From an uncultured delta proteobacterium (GTDB lineage Bacteria > Myxococcota_A > Polyangia > Palsa-1104), in NCBI GenBank assembly GCA_963785725.1, contig CAWAWS010000007.1, positions 32,001 to 96,000 of the forward strand: a stretch of 64,000 bases of DNA, written 5' to 3'. The notes under the pieces are model-generated. The model saw nothing but the letters and a program-made list of their open reading frames with translations, was not told the DNA's origin and searched no databases. Each line of letters begins with the position of its first letter. The first letter of the stretch is position 1. Of the stretch, positions 41,657-52,424 are shown piece by piece. A program made the position numbers and the translations under genes.

Positions 41657-42268
41657 ATGGGCTCGATCCTGCGATTCGTCGGCGTCTTCGCGGTAGTTTG
41701 TAACTTCGCCAGCTACACGCGCGCCGACGAAGTCGCGCCGGCGGTCAGCGTGCCCGTCGACGCGCCGCCGCCGGTCGCGGCCGACGCGCCGCCGCCGGCT
41801 GTCGTCGCGGCGCCGGCTGTCGTCGCGCCGCCGGCCGTCGTCGCGCCGCCGCTCATCGCGCCGCGGCTGTCGCGTCCGCTGCTGCTGGCGACGGGCGAGG
41901 AGGGCGACCGCGTCGCGCGCGCCCACGCCATGCGCAACGCCGGCATCAGCGTCTTCGCCGTCGGCGTGGTCACGACCATCATCAGCCAATTCCTGCTCGG
42001 CAATTACATCGTCAAGGACAGCAACCTATGCTTCGAGACCGGCTGCCATGCGCCTCCGCAGTCGCAGCTCGACGCGGCGGCGCGGCCCTATCGCATCTCC
42101 GCCATCGCCACCGTCGTCGTCGGCAACGCCATGATCGCGACCGGCTTGACCTTGTGGTGCGTCGGCGACGGGCGCGGCCGCCGCAAAACCAACAGCGTCG
42201 GCGCGCTCAGCTTCGCGCCGTCGAGCGACGGGCACGGCGCGCAGGGCGGCGTCGTCGTCCACTTCTGA
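41657..42268 (+). CDS. Hypothetical secreted/membrane protein with Pro/Ala/Val repeats
   Basis: Signal peptide, PAVVA tandem repeats, two hydrophobic segments and a C-terminal VVVHF. Confidence 0.65.
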   Translation: MGSILRFVGVFAVVCNFASYTRADEVAPAVSVPVDAPPPVAADAPPPAVVAAPAVVAPPAVVAPPLIAPRLSRPLLLATGEEGDRVARAHAMRNAGISVFAVGVVTTIISQFLLGNYIVKDSNLCFETGCHAPPQSQLDAAARPYRISAIATVVVGNAMIATGLTLWCVGDGRGRRKTNSVGALSFAPSSDGHGAQGGVVVHF

Positions 42269-42305
42269 ACGTCCGTTTTCCGTCGGCTTTCGTCGTTCCC
42301 GCCGG

Positions 42306-43981
42306 TCAGCCGAGCTCCTCGAGCCAATATTCTTGCGGACCGCGCGCGTTGTCGTCGCGCCGCCGCGCCTCCAGCTTGCGCAGCTCGACGCGCCGAATCT
42401 TGCCCGAGATGGTCTTCGGCAGCGCCGCGAACTCCAGCCGGCGGATGCGTTTGTACGGCGCCAGCTTCTGCGCGCAGTACGCGAAAATGGCCCGCGCCGT
42501 CGCCTGATTCTCCGGCGTTCCCGGCACCAGCGCGACGAACGCCTTCGGCACCGACAGGCGCAGCGCGTCCGGGCTCGGCACCACCGCCGCCTCCGCCACC
42601 AGCGCGTGCTCGACGAGGATGCTCTCGAGCTCGAAGGGGCTGATGCGATAGTCGCTGCTCTTGAAGACGTCGTCGCCGCGGCCGACGAAGTGGATGTAGC
42701 CGTCGCCGTCGCGGCGCGCCTCGTCGCCGGTGCGATAGTGGCCGCCGGCCATGGCCGCGGCCGTGCGCGCGTCGTCGTCGCGATAGCCGCGCATGAGGCC
42801 GAGCGGGCGCGGCGTCGTCACGCAGCGCCACTTCGCCTTCGTCGCATTCGCATCCGTCGCCGTCGAGCAGCACGATAGAGTAGCCGGGCAGCGGCTTGCC
42901 CATCGAGCCGAGCCGCACCGGCAGGCCGGGCGAGTTGCCGACCAGCGCCGTCGTCTCCGTCTGCCCGTAGCCGTCGCGAATGGTGAGGCCCCACTGCTGC
43001 GCGCACGCTCTCGATGACCTCGGGGTTGAGCGGCTCGCCGGCGCTACAGAGCTCGCGCAGCTGCGCCGGCTTTTCCCCGAGCGACTCGAGCACGAGCATG
43101 CGCCACACCGTCGGCGGCGCGCACAGCGTCGTCACCGCCTGCTCGGCGAGCACTTCGAGCGTGCGCGGCGCCGAGAACCGCGGCGCCTCGTGCACGAGCA
43201 CCGTCGCCTCCGCGTTCCAGGGCGCGAAGAAGCTCGACCACGCGTGCTTGGCCCAGCCCGGCGAGCTGATGTTCTGATGCACGTCGCCCGGCCGTAAACC
43301 GAGCCAATACATCGTCGACAGATGGCCGACGGGATAGCTGGCGTGGGTATGCTGCACCAGCTTCGGCTGCGCCGTCGTCCCCGACGTGAAATAGAGCAGC
43401 AGCGGATCCTGCGCGCGGGTCTCGACGCGCGGCAAGCGCGCCGGCGCGTCGAGCGCGTCTTCGTACGTCGTGAAATGGGGCGCGCCGCCGACGGCCAAGC
43501 GCACGCCGAGCCGCTCCGGCTGGCGCAGCTTGGCCGCGCCGGTCGCGTCGGTGACGAGGTGCCGCGCGCGGCCGCGCACGATGCGATCGTCGACGTCGTC
43601 GGCCATGAGCTGCGTCGTCGCCGGGATGACCACCGCGCCCAGCTTCATCGCCGCCAACATCGTCTCCCACAAGGGCGCCACGTTGCCGAGCATGACGAGG
43701 ATGTGATCGCCGCGCGCGACGTCGTGGTCGGCGAGCCAGCGACCGAGCCGCGTCGACCGCTCGGCCAGCTCGGCGAACGAGAGCCGCGTCGTCGGCGCCT
43801 GCTCGCGCACCACCGTCAGCGCCGGCGCGTGATTGTTGGCGGCCAGCACCTCGAACCAATCCCACGCCCAGTTGAAGTCGTCGAGCGCCGGCCAGGCGAA
43901 TTCGGCGCGCGCGCGATCGGGATCGTCCCGATGGGCAAAGAGCGTGTCGCGCGCGCGACGAAAGGCTTCGGTCGGCGTCAT
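42306..43981 (-). CDS. AMP-binding acyl-CoA synthetase, frameshifted near 43000 and 42820
   Basis: YFTSGTTAQPK, SAGEPLNP, GSMGKPLPG, YRTGD, GRGDDVFK and LPKTISGKIRR. Confidence 0.88.
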
Positions 43982-44029
43982 GGCGTCACAATATCGCCAA
44001 AAACGACGCGCCACGAGTAGCATTGGGTC

Positions 44030-44968
44030 ATGACGCAGCATGCTCGAGTGACCATCGACGCCGACGTCACGCCGCAGTTCACCGCCTGCTATTTGCGGCT
44101 CGCGGGCGACGAATGCGCGTTCATCGAAGCGCACACCGCGCACGCGCTGCCGCGGCTCATGGCCGCGCTCGCTCAGGCCGGCAAGCGTCCCGAAGACGTC
44201 CGCTACGTCGTCGTCACGCATGCGCACCTCGATCACGCGGCGGGCGCGAGCGCGCTCTTGGCGGCCTGTCCCAACGCGACGCTGCTGGCGCATCCGAGCG
44301 CGGCCAAGAACTTGATCGATCCGGCCAAGCTCGTCGAGGGCGCGACGGCGGTGTATGGCGCCGAGCGTTTTCGTACACTGTACGGCTCGCTCGCGCCCAT
44401 TCCGCGCGAGCGAGTGCGCACGTTGGCCGACGGCGAGACGTTCACGCTCGGCGACGCCGTGCTGACGGCGTGGCACACCGCCGGCCACGCCTATCACCAC
44501 TTCATCGTCGACGATCCGGCCACCAGCAGCGTCTTCACCGGCGACACGTTCGGGCTCGTCTATCCGGCGCTGCAGCGCCACGGTCGCTTCGCCTTGCCGT
44601 CGACGAGCCCGACCGGCTTCAACGCCGACGAGGCGCGCGCCAGCATCGCCAAGGTGCTGTCGCTGGGCGAGCGCTGGGTCTGTCCGACGCACTACGACGC
44701 GTACGAAGACGGCGCGACGATCGCGGCGCAGCTCGACCGCTTCATCGATCGCGCCGAGGCGTGGGTCGACGTCGAAGTGGGCGGCGGCGACGAAGCGCCG
44801 GCGGCGTCGCTGCAGGTGCGGCTGCAGGCCGAGTGGTGGGAGGCGATCGCCGAAGAGGCGCCGTGGCTGACCCCGGACGACCAGAAGCTGCTGGCGCTCG
44901 ACGTCGAATTGAATGCGCAGGGCCTGGCCTACGTCATCCAACGGCAGCGGGCGAATCCCGCCACATAG
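44030..44968 (+). CDS. MBL-fold metallo-hydrolase
   Basis: THAHLDH, TAGHAYHH, FTGD and PTHY. Confidence 0.88.
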   Translation: MTQHARVTIDADVTPQFTACYLRLAGDECAFIEAHTAHALPRLMAALAQAGKRPEDVRYVVVTHAHLDHAAGASALLAACPNATLLAHPSAAKNLIDPAKLVEGATAVYGAERFRTLYGSLAPIPRERVRTLADGETFTLGDAVLTAWHTAGHAYHHFIVDDPATSSVFTGDTFGLVYPALQRHGRFALPSTSPTGFNADEARASIAKVLSLGERWVCPTHYDAYEDGATIAAQLDRFIDRAEAWVDVEVGGGDEAPAASLQVRLQAEWWEAIAEEAPWLTPDDQKLLALDVELNAQGLAYVIQRQRANPAT

Positions 44969-45035
44969 CCGCGACCGGGACGTGTCCCTGGGACAGTCTC
45001 GGGACAGCGCGCGAACCCCTACAGCGGCGGCGATC

Positions 45036-46440
45036 TCAGTCGGTCATGCCGTCGAGCGCGATGCCCAGCTGCTTGATCCAGCGGCGAATTTGCACGCGAT
45101 CTTTGCCCATGTGCCGCGCCACGGCCGAGATATTGCCGCCGTTGGCCGTGAGCAGCGCCACCAGCTCGTCGCGGCGCGCGCGCTGCTCGCTCGTCAACGC
45201 CTTGGCCGGCGCCGATGAAGACGGCGACGCCGGCGCCGGCCCGACCGGCGCCGGATCGCGCACCGACGCCGGCAAGTGCGCGACGTCGATGCGCTGCGGC
45301 GACAGCGCCAAGGCCGCGCGCAGGCACTGCTCGAGCTCGCGGACGTTGAGCGGCCAGCCGTGCCGCAAGAGCATGCGCAGCGCCTCCGGGCTCAGCGTCG
45401 TCTCGGCGCCGCCGTAGCGGGCCAAGAGCGCGGCGACGAGGATGCCGAAGTCCTCCAGGCGCTCGCGCAGCGTCGGCAGCTTGACGACGAAGCCGCTGAT
45501 GCGCGCCACCAAATCGCCGCGGAACCGCTCCTGGCGCACCAGGTCGTCGAGGTCGCGATGGGTGGCGCAGACGACGCGCAGATCGACCGGCTGCGGCTTG
45601 GTCGCGCCCACGGCCAGCACCTCGCGCTCCTGCAACACGCGCAACAGCGCCGGCTGCGCGCGCAGCGGCAAGTCGCCGATCTCGTCGAGGAAGAGCGTGC
45701 CTTGGTCGGACGCGCGGACCAGTCCCGGCTTGTCGTCGTTGGCGCCGGTGAACGCGCCTTTGCGCGCGCCGAACAGCTCGGCCTCGACCAGGTTCTCGGG
45801 CAGCGCGCCGCAGTTGATGCTGACCAGCGTGCCGCGCCGCCGCGACAGCGCGTGCAGCGCCCGCGACACCAGCTCCTTGCCGGTGCCGCTCGGCCCCAAA
45901 ATCAGCACCGGCAGCGACGTGACGGCCACGTCGCACAAGGCGTTCAGCGCCTGCTCGAGCGGCGCGTGGAAGGTCGACAGCCCGGGCAGCTCCGACGCCA
46001 GCTCCTGCGAGTCGAGGTCGAGCGGCTCGTCGGCGGCGCGCGAAACGCCGACGCGAAAGAGGAAGAACGTGCGCCCGCACTCGATGACGTCGCCGTCGCG
46101 CAGGAGCTGGCGATCGACGCGGCGGCCGTTGACGACGAGGCCGTTCTTGGAGCGCTCGTCGACGATGACCCAGGCCAGCCCTTCGCGGCGCATGGTGGCG
46201 TGTAACGTGGAGACCCGCTGATCTCTGGATCGACAGCGACAGGCGCGTGCCGGCGCGCTCGACGCCGCGCCGCTGGCCGCGCCGCAGCGCCACCTCGGTC
46301 ACGTCGCTCAGCCGATGGCGCGCCGACGCCGCCAGCGGCCGGTCGCACTCGAGCAGCAGCACCAGCTCGTCAGCCTGGACGGTGCCGGGCTGCTGGCCGG
46401 TGCTGGAATGCGAAATCGTGCTCAGCGTCGCGTCCGACAT
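45036..46440 (-). CDS. FHA-domain sigma54-dependent enhancer-binding protein, frameshifted near 46220
   Basis: FHA SKNG motif, GPSGTGKE, GAFTGA, LFLDEIG, WPLNVREL and a C-terminal HTH. Confidence 0.9.
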
Positions 46441-46542
46441 ATAAGGAAAATGCCTCAAGCCGTTGCCTCAGTCCGTTGTCTGCCTGACGCTGACAGCAGA
46501 TTCCGTACCAAGGTAAATGCGGTGGGATTGACTACGGTTCGA

Positions 46543-49060
46543 CTATCGCTCGGGCTGCCCGGCCGCCAAGAGGCGCTGGCCGTGGCCGTTGCCGCCGAGC
46601 GCCGGCTGCTCGGCCTCGGACGGCCGCATCGTGATGCGCGTGTATTTGTGCGCCGGCTGATTCGACCCGGCCGCCACCGCGCGCACGGCCACGAGCACGT
46701 TCGCCTCCGGGAAGTAGCTGGCCGCGCTCTTGCGCGCGATCGGATAGGCGACGGTGCGAAAGCGATGGCCGACGCGCGTCTCGCCTTCGAAGTGGCTCGT
46801 GATGTCAACCATTTGGTTGTCATGGAGCCCGAGCTCGGCGAGGTCGAGCGGGTTGACGAGGATGACGCGCCGGCCGCCGTAGATGCCGCGATAGCGATCG
46901 TCCATGCCGTAGACGACGGTGTTGAACTGATCGTGCGTGCGCACCGTCGTCATGATGAGCTCGCCCGGCTTGAGGTCGTGCTTGGGGATGCCGTTGACGG
47001 TGAAGTTGGCCTTGCCCGTGGCCGTGCGGAAGTCGCGCTCGCGCGCCGCGTTCGGCAGGTAAAAGTGGCCCTGCTTGATGCGCGCGTTGAAGTCGTCGAA
47101 GCCGGGAATGACCTTCTCGATGTGATCGCGCACGACGTCGTGATGCAACATCGCCTGCCAATTCACCGGGCCGGCCTGGCCGAAGATCGCCTGCGCCGTG
47201 CGCACGAGAATCTCGGTGTCGCTGAGCAGCAGCTCCGACGCCGGCTTCTCTCGGCCCAGCGACGGGTTGATGATGCCCATCGAGTCTTCCGCCGTCGACA
47301 GCTGCGGCTCGCCGCCGTGAATCGCGCGCTCGGCGCGGCCCAACACCGGCAAGATCAGCCCCGTTTCGCCGGCGAGCAAGTGGCCGCGATGCAGCTTCGT
47401 CGACACGTGCACGACCAGCTTGACGCGCTTGAACGCCTCGGTCGTGTAGTGCGTATCGGGCGCCGCCGCCAACAAGTTGCCGCTGATCGCGTAGAAGACT
47501 TTGGCTTTGCCGGCGTGCATCGCCTGCAGCGCCTCGACGGCGTCGTAGCCGGGCACGCGCGGCGCCGTGATGCCGAATTCCTTGTCGAGCGCCGCCAAGA
47601 ACGACTCCTTCGGGTGCTCCCAAATCCCCATCGTGCGATCGCCCTGCACGTTGGAGTGGCCGCGCACGCAGCAGGGGCCGGCGCCAGGACGACCGATGTG
47701 TCCGCCGAGCAGACACAAGTTGACCACCTGCTGCACGTTCTCGACGCCGTTGGGATGCTGCGTGAGGCCGAGGCACCACAGAATGATCATGCGCTTGCTG
47801 CGCGCGATGATGTCGGCGGCCTGCTCGATCATGGCGCGCTCGATGCCGCTCGACTCGACGATCTCCTCCCACGTGTCGCGCTCGGCCGCCGCCTTCAGCT
47901 CGGCGAAGCCGGTGGTGTGCTGCGCGATGAAGTCGTGATCGAGCACGCCCGGCGTCTTCGCGTCGCGTTCGAGCAGCGCCTTGATGACGCCTTGCATGAA
48001 CGCCGCGTCGCCGTTGACGCGCACGGGGACGTACAGATCCGTCAGCTGCGTGCCCGAGCCGAGCAGCGCCGGCAACAGCATGAGCGGGTTCTTGTAGTCC
48101 TGCGGATTGGGATTGATGACGCGCATCAAGCCCACTTCCGGCATGGGATTGATCGAGATGATGGTCGCGCCTTTGTGCTTGGCCGCCTCCAGCGACGTCA
48201 GCATGCGCGGATGATTCGTCGCCGGATTGTTGCCGATGATGAGGATCGTGTCGGTCGCTTCGAAGTCCTCGAGCTTGACCGTGCCTTTGCCGATGCCGAT
48301 CGTCGCCGTCAGCGCCGTGCCGCTCGACTCGTGACACATGTTCGAGCAGTCGGGCAGGTTGTTCGTCCCCAGCTGTCGCGCCAGCAGCTGAAAGAGAAAT
48401 GCCGGCTCGTTGCAGGTCTTGCCCGACGTATAAAAGATCGCGTCATTCGGGCTGGCGAGCGCCTTGCATCTCGTTGCCGATGAGCGCGAACGCCTCGTCC
48501 CAGCTGACCGGCGTAAAGTGCGTCGCGCCCGGCGCCTTCATCATCGGATGCGTCAAGCGACCGGCCGCGTTGATCTCGTAATCCGACATCGCCAGCAGCG
48601 TGTCGATGCTGTGCGCGGCGAAGAATTCGGGATCGACCCGCTTGTGCGTCAACTCGTCGGCGATGGCCTTGGCGCCGTTCTCGCAGAATTCGGCGACTTT
48701 GCGCTTCTTGTCCGGGCTCGGCCAGGCACAGCTCTGACAGTCGAAGCCGCGCTCTTGGTTGACGCTGGTGAACGTTCGGAGCGAGCGGAAGACGCCCATC
48801 TCGCGAAAGCCGTACTTCATCGTGCTGACGATGGCGGGGATGCCGGCGGCCGCTTTGTGCGGCTTTCTCACCTTCGGCGCTTTGCGCTCTGCGGGCGGCT
48901 CGCCGAGCGCCAACGTGTCCTGCTCGCTGACGTAGAGGAGCGCCGATTCGTGCGGCGCGCCCTCGCGACTGAGCGTGTGGCGCGACTCTTCGTCCGGCGC
49001 GCGATAGTGGCTCGACGGCTCACCGACTTCGCCTCGCGGAGGATTTTCGCCGTTCGCCAT
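46543..49060 (-). CDS. FdhF/YdeP family molybdopterin oxidoreductase, frameshifted near 48460
   Basis: GFDCQSCAW, EFCENGAKA, NLPDCSNMCHES, RGHSNVQG and RTHDQFNT. Confidence 0.92.
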
Positions 49061-49160
49061 GGGGTAAATCTAGCATGTGCGCGCCGCAAAGCCGGGGTCG
49101 ACTATCGTGGACGGCCCGCACGAGCGAGGTACCGGCCGCGGCGCGACGTGCTATGAATTC

Positions 49161-50528
49161 GTGGCGGTGGTGACGATCCGGTTCGTCGGCGGGACGATCG
49201 AGCTGCGCGGACGCGGCGCCGCGGACCCGCTCATGCCCGGCTGCCACTTCGACGAGCGCTCGGCCTGCCAGCGCGCGCCCGCCAGCAGCTACGCCGATAT
49301 CGTGCGCGCGTTGACGCGCGAGCAGGTCGCCTTCACCGACGAGGCGCGCCAGTATGCCGAGCTCGCCGGCGGCGCCGCCGTGCATCGCGAGCCGCGGCCG
49401 TATCAAGCGGAGGCGCTGGCGGCGTGGAAGGCGCAGCGTGGTCGCGGCGTCGTCGTCTTGCCGACCGGCGCCGGCAAGTCGCAGGTCGCGTGCATGGCCA
49501 TCGACGACAAACGCCGCGCCACGCTCGTCGTCGCGCCGACGCTGGACCTGGTGCGGCAATGGTTCGATCTCTTGCGCGCGACCTTCGCCGTGCCCGTCGG
49601 CGTCATCGGCGGCGGCGAATACAAAGTCGAGCCGCTCACCGTCACCACTTACGACTCCGCCTATTTGCACATGGAGAATTTGGGCGCGCGCTTCGGCCTG
49701 CTCGTGTTCGACGAGTGCCACCACCTGCCCGGCGCCGCTTACGCCATGGCCGCGCGCTTCGCGATCGCGCCGTTTCGACTGGGACTGAGCGCCACGCCCG
49801 AGCGCGCCGACGGCCGCGACGCCGAGCTCGACGAGCTGATCGGCCCCATCGCCTATCGCAAAGACATCGTCGACCTGGCGGGCGACTACTTGGCCGAATA
49901 CGAGACCGAGCACGTCGCCGTCGAGCTGGCGCCGGCGGAGCGCGAGGAGTACGAGGCCGAGCGCGCCATCTATCGCGGCTTCGTCTCCGACAACGGCATT
50001 CGCATGTCGAGCCCGCAAGGCTGGTCGGAGTTCATCATGCGCTCGGCCGGCAGTGTCGCCGGCCGCCGCGCCATGCAGGCCTATCGACGGCAGCGCGAGT
50101 TGGCGTTTTGCGCGCCGGCCAAGCTCGATTACGTCGCGCACCTGCTCGGCCGGCATCGCGCCGATCGCGCCATCCTGTTCACGCAAGACAACGCCACCTG
50201 TTATGCCGTGTCGCGCCGCTTCCTGATCCCGGCGATCACGCATCAGACCAAAGTGCGCGAACGCAGCGAGATCCTGTCGCGCTTCAACGAGGGGCACTAT
50301 CGCGCGGTCGTGACGTCGAAGGTGTTGAACGAAGGCGTCGACATCCCGGAGGCGAACGTCGCCATCGTCATCTCGGGCTCGGGATCGGTGCGCGAGCACG
50401 TGCAGCGCCTCGGGCGAATCCTGCGCAAGAAGGGCGGCAAGCGCGCCATTTTGTACGAGCTGGTGACGGCGAACACGAGCGAATCGTTCACCAGCGAGCG
50501 ACGGCGGGAGCACGTTGCTTACCGCTGA
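49161..50528 (+). CDS. XPB/Rad25-like SF2 helicase
   Basis: PRPYQ, LPTGAGKS, DECHH, GLSATPERADG, NEGVD and QRLGRILR; start codon uncertain. Confidence 0.9.
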   Translation: MAVVTIRFVGGTIELRGRGAADPLMPGCHFDERSACQRAPASSYADIVRALTREQVAFTDEARQYAELAGGAAVHREPRPYQAEALAAWKAQRGRGVVVLPTGAGKSQVACMAIDDKRRATLVVAPTLDLVRQWFDLLRATFAVPVGVIGGGEYKVEPLTVTTYDSAYLHMENLGARFGLLVFDECHHLPGAAYAMAARFAIAPFRLGLSATPERADGRDAELDELIGPIAYRKDIVDLAGDYLAEYETEHVAVELAPAEREEYEAERAIYRGFVSDNGIRMSSPQGWSEFIMRSAGSVAGRRAMQAYRRQRELAFCAPAKLDYVAHLLGRHRADRAILFTQDNATCYAVSRRFLIPAITHQTKVRERSEILSRFNEGHYRAVVTSKVLNEGVDIPEANVAIVISGSGSVREHVQRLGRILRKKGGKRAILYELVTANTSESFTSERRREHVAYR

Positions 50529-51729
50529 TCTCGTCAACGTGCGGCGCAAAGGGCGCGAGCTGTGTCTGATTCCGCTCGACGCCGCGCGCCGTCCGCGCGC
50601 GATCGAGCTGGCGGCGGCATTCCTCGGCCTGGCCGAGGCGCACGTCGGGCGCAGCCGCGAAGAGCTGGAGGAGGCGTGTCGCGCCGTCGAGGTCGCGCCG
50701 CGCGAGCGCCGCTTGGCCGACGGCCTGTGCAAGCTGGTCGAAGATCGCTGCCAATTCGCCGAGGACGCCGGGCTCGACCCGGAAGCGCTACGGCGCGACG
50801 TGTTTGCGCGCGCCAGCGCCGCGCGCGCCGGCGACACGTTCGATCGCGCGGCGCTGCTCGCCGCCGTCGCCGCCGAGCGCAACCTCACGCCCGACGTCGT
50901 CGAGCGCGCGCTCTACGCCGACCTGCGCGGCGCGCACGCGCTGCAGTCGGTGCAGCCGATCGGCGCCGAGCCGCTGGTCGACGTCTACGACTTGGCGCAG
51001 GCGCAGGCGGTGCTGTTGCGCGCGGCGCGCGTCGTCGTCGACGTCAAGTGCACGACGCCGGGCGCCTATCGCGCGCTCTTCCACAAGCTCAAGTTCCTGC
51101 GGCTCTTGTACACGATCGAGCCGCGCAGCGACGGCGGCTATCGGCTCGAGATCGACGGCCCGTTCAGCCTCTTCGAATCGGTGACGAAATATGGGCTGCA
51201 GCTGGCGTTGGCGCTGCCGGCGATTCGTGCGTGCGACGAGTGGATGCTCGAGGCCGATTTGCGCTGGGGCAAAGATCGCGCGCCGCTCGTGCTGCGGCTC
51301 GACGGGCGCGCGACGGCGCCTGCCGACGAGCCGCCGCGCCTCGCCGACGAAGTGGTCAAGTTGGTTGACGACTTGGCCGCGCCGGGGCTGGCGACGCCGT
51401 GGCGGGTGACGCCGTCGACCGACATCCTGCAGCTGCCCGGCGCCGGCTTGTGCGTCCCCGATCTGGTGTTCACCCACGCCCAAAGCGGCGAGTGCGTCTA
51501 CTTGGAAGTGCTCGGCTTCTGGAGCCGACCGGCGGTGTGGCGGCGCGTCGAGCTCGTCGAGCGCGGCTTGCCGCAGCGCATCTTGTTCGCGGTGAGCCAG
51601 CGGCTGCGCGTCAGCGAAGAGGCGCTCGGCGACGACTTGCCGGGCGCGCTCTTCGTCTACAAGCGCGTCATGAGCGCCCGCAGCATCCTCGAACGCGTCG
51701 AATTGCTGGCCAATCGCGTCACCAAGTAA
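50515..51729 (+). CDS. DUF790 family (Bax1-like) PD-(D/E)xK nuclease
   Basis: MLTADL start, ALYADL, IDGPFSLF...YG and VPDLVF...YLEVLGFW; overlaps the helicase stop. Confidence 0.85.
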   Translation: MLTADLVNVRRKGRELCLIPLDAARRPRAIELAAAFLGLAEAHVGRSREELEEACRAVEVAPRERRLADGLCKLVEDRCQFAEDAGLDPEALRRDVFARASAARAGDTFDRAALLAAVAAERNLTPDVVERALYADLRGAHALQSVQPIGAEPLVDVYDLAQAQAVLLRAARVVVDVKCTTPGAYRALFHKLKFLRLLYTIEPRSDGGYRLEIDGPFSLFESVTKYGLQLALALPAIRACDEWMLEADLRWGKDRAPLVLRLDGRATAPADEPPRLADEVVKLVDDLAAPGLATPWRVTPSTDILQLPGAGLCVPDLVFTHAQSGECVYLEVLGFWSRPAVWRRVELVERGLPQRILFAVSQRLRVSEEALGDDLPGALFVYKRVMSARSILERVELLANRVTK

Positions 51730-51762
51730 ACAGCTGTTTACTTCCGAGCGAGGTCGCGCGAA

Positions 51763-52347
51763 TCAGCGCTTGCCGAGCGGCGCCACGACCGCGCGCAAGA
51801 GCTCGACCGCCGTCTCCGCCAGATCGCTGATGCGCCCCGCCTTCTCGACCTTCAACAGCACGAGCTCGTTGATGCCGCCGACGAACGCCATCGCCATCGT
51901 CGCCGTCAGCCGCCGCAGCTCCGGTCGCCGCCGCCGCGCCACGGCGACGAAGCCGCGCGTCAGCTCGGCGAACTCGTGCAGCACCTGCCGGCGCAGCTCG
52001 AGCGCGCCCGACCCGGCCGCGAGAATCTCCAGCAGAAACGTGCGCGCCAAGATCGGCCGCGCCTCGAGCACCGACAGATAGGCGCGCATCGCCGTCTCGA
52101 TCTGTCGCTCCCACGGCTGCGCCGGATCGACCGCCGACGCCACCGTTTGCATCGTCTGATCCGACAGCTCGCGATAGGCCGCCAAGAAGCACTCCTCCTT
52201 GGTCGCGAACTGCTCGTAGAAGGTGCGCTTGGAGACGCGCGCCTGCTTGACGATGTCGGCGATCGTCGTCGGTCCGTAACCCTTGTCCTCGACGGAGAGG
52301 CAGAAGCCTTCGATGAGCTGGAGGCGCGCGTGGGAATCCGCTTGCAT
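51763..52347 (-). CDS. TetR family regulator
   Basis: GYGPTTIADIVKQARVSKRTFYEQFATKE. Confidence 0.9.
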   Translation of the reverse strand: MQADSHARLQLIEGFCLSVEDKGYGPTTIADIVKQARVSKRTFYEQFATKEECFLAAYRELSDQTMQTVASAVDPAQPWERQIETAMRAYLSVLEARPILARTFLLEILAAGSGALELRRQVLHEFAELTRGFVAVARRRRPELRRLTATMAMAFVGGINELVLLKVEKAGRISDLAETAVELLRAVVAPLGKR

Positions 52348-52348
52348 C

Positions 52349-52394
52349 TGGTACCGCACAGTACCACACTCCAGTTGGTACCGCGCGGTACCAA
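52349..52394. promoter_or_regulatory. Tandem TetR operators
   Basis: TGGTACCGCACAGTACCA (52349-52366) and the perfect palindrome TTGGTACCGCGCGGTACCAA (52375-52394). Confidence 0.8.
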
Positions 52395-52424
52395 GCGCCC
52401 GCGCGCCGCGTAAGGAGAAAATTC

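Noticed and set aside
41790..41850. Short tandem repeats (GCCGGCTGTCGTCGC-like)
   Set aside because: These are coding repeats for a PAVVA linker, not a CRISPR array. No spacers or cas genes are present.
11483..49060. A single C1/formate pathway linking the OFA transporter, PQQ genes and FdhF/YdeP
   Set aside because: The genes are separated by more than 25 kb of unrelated loci, and I saw no PQQ-dependent dehydrogenase or fdhD in the window.
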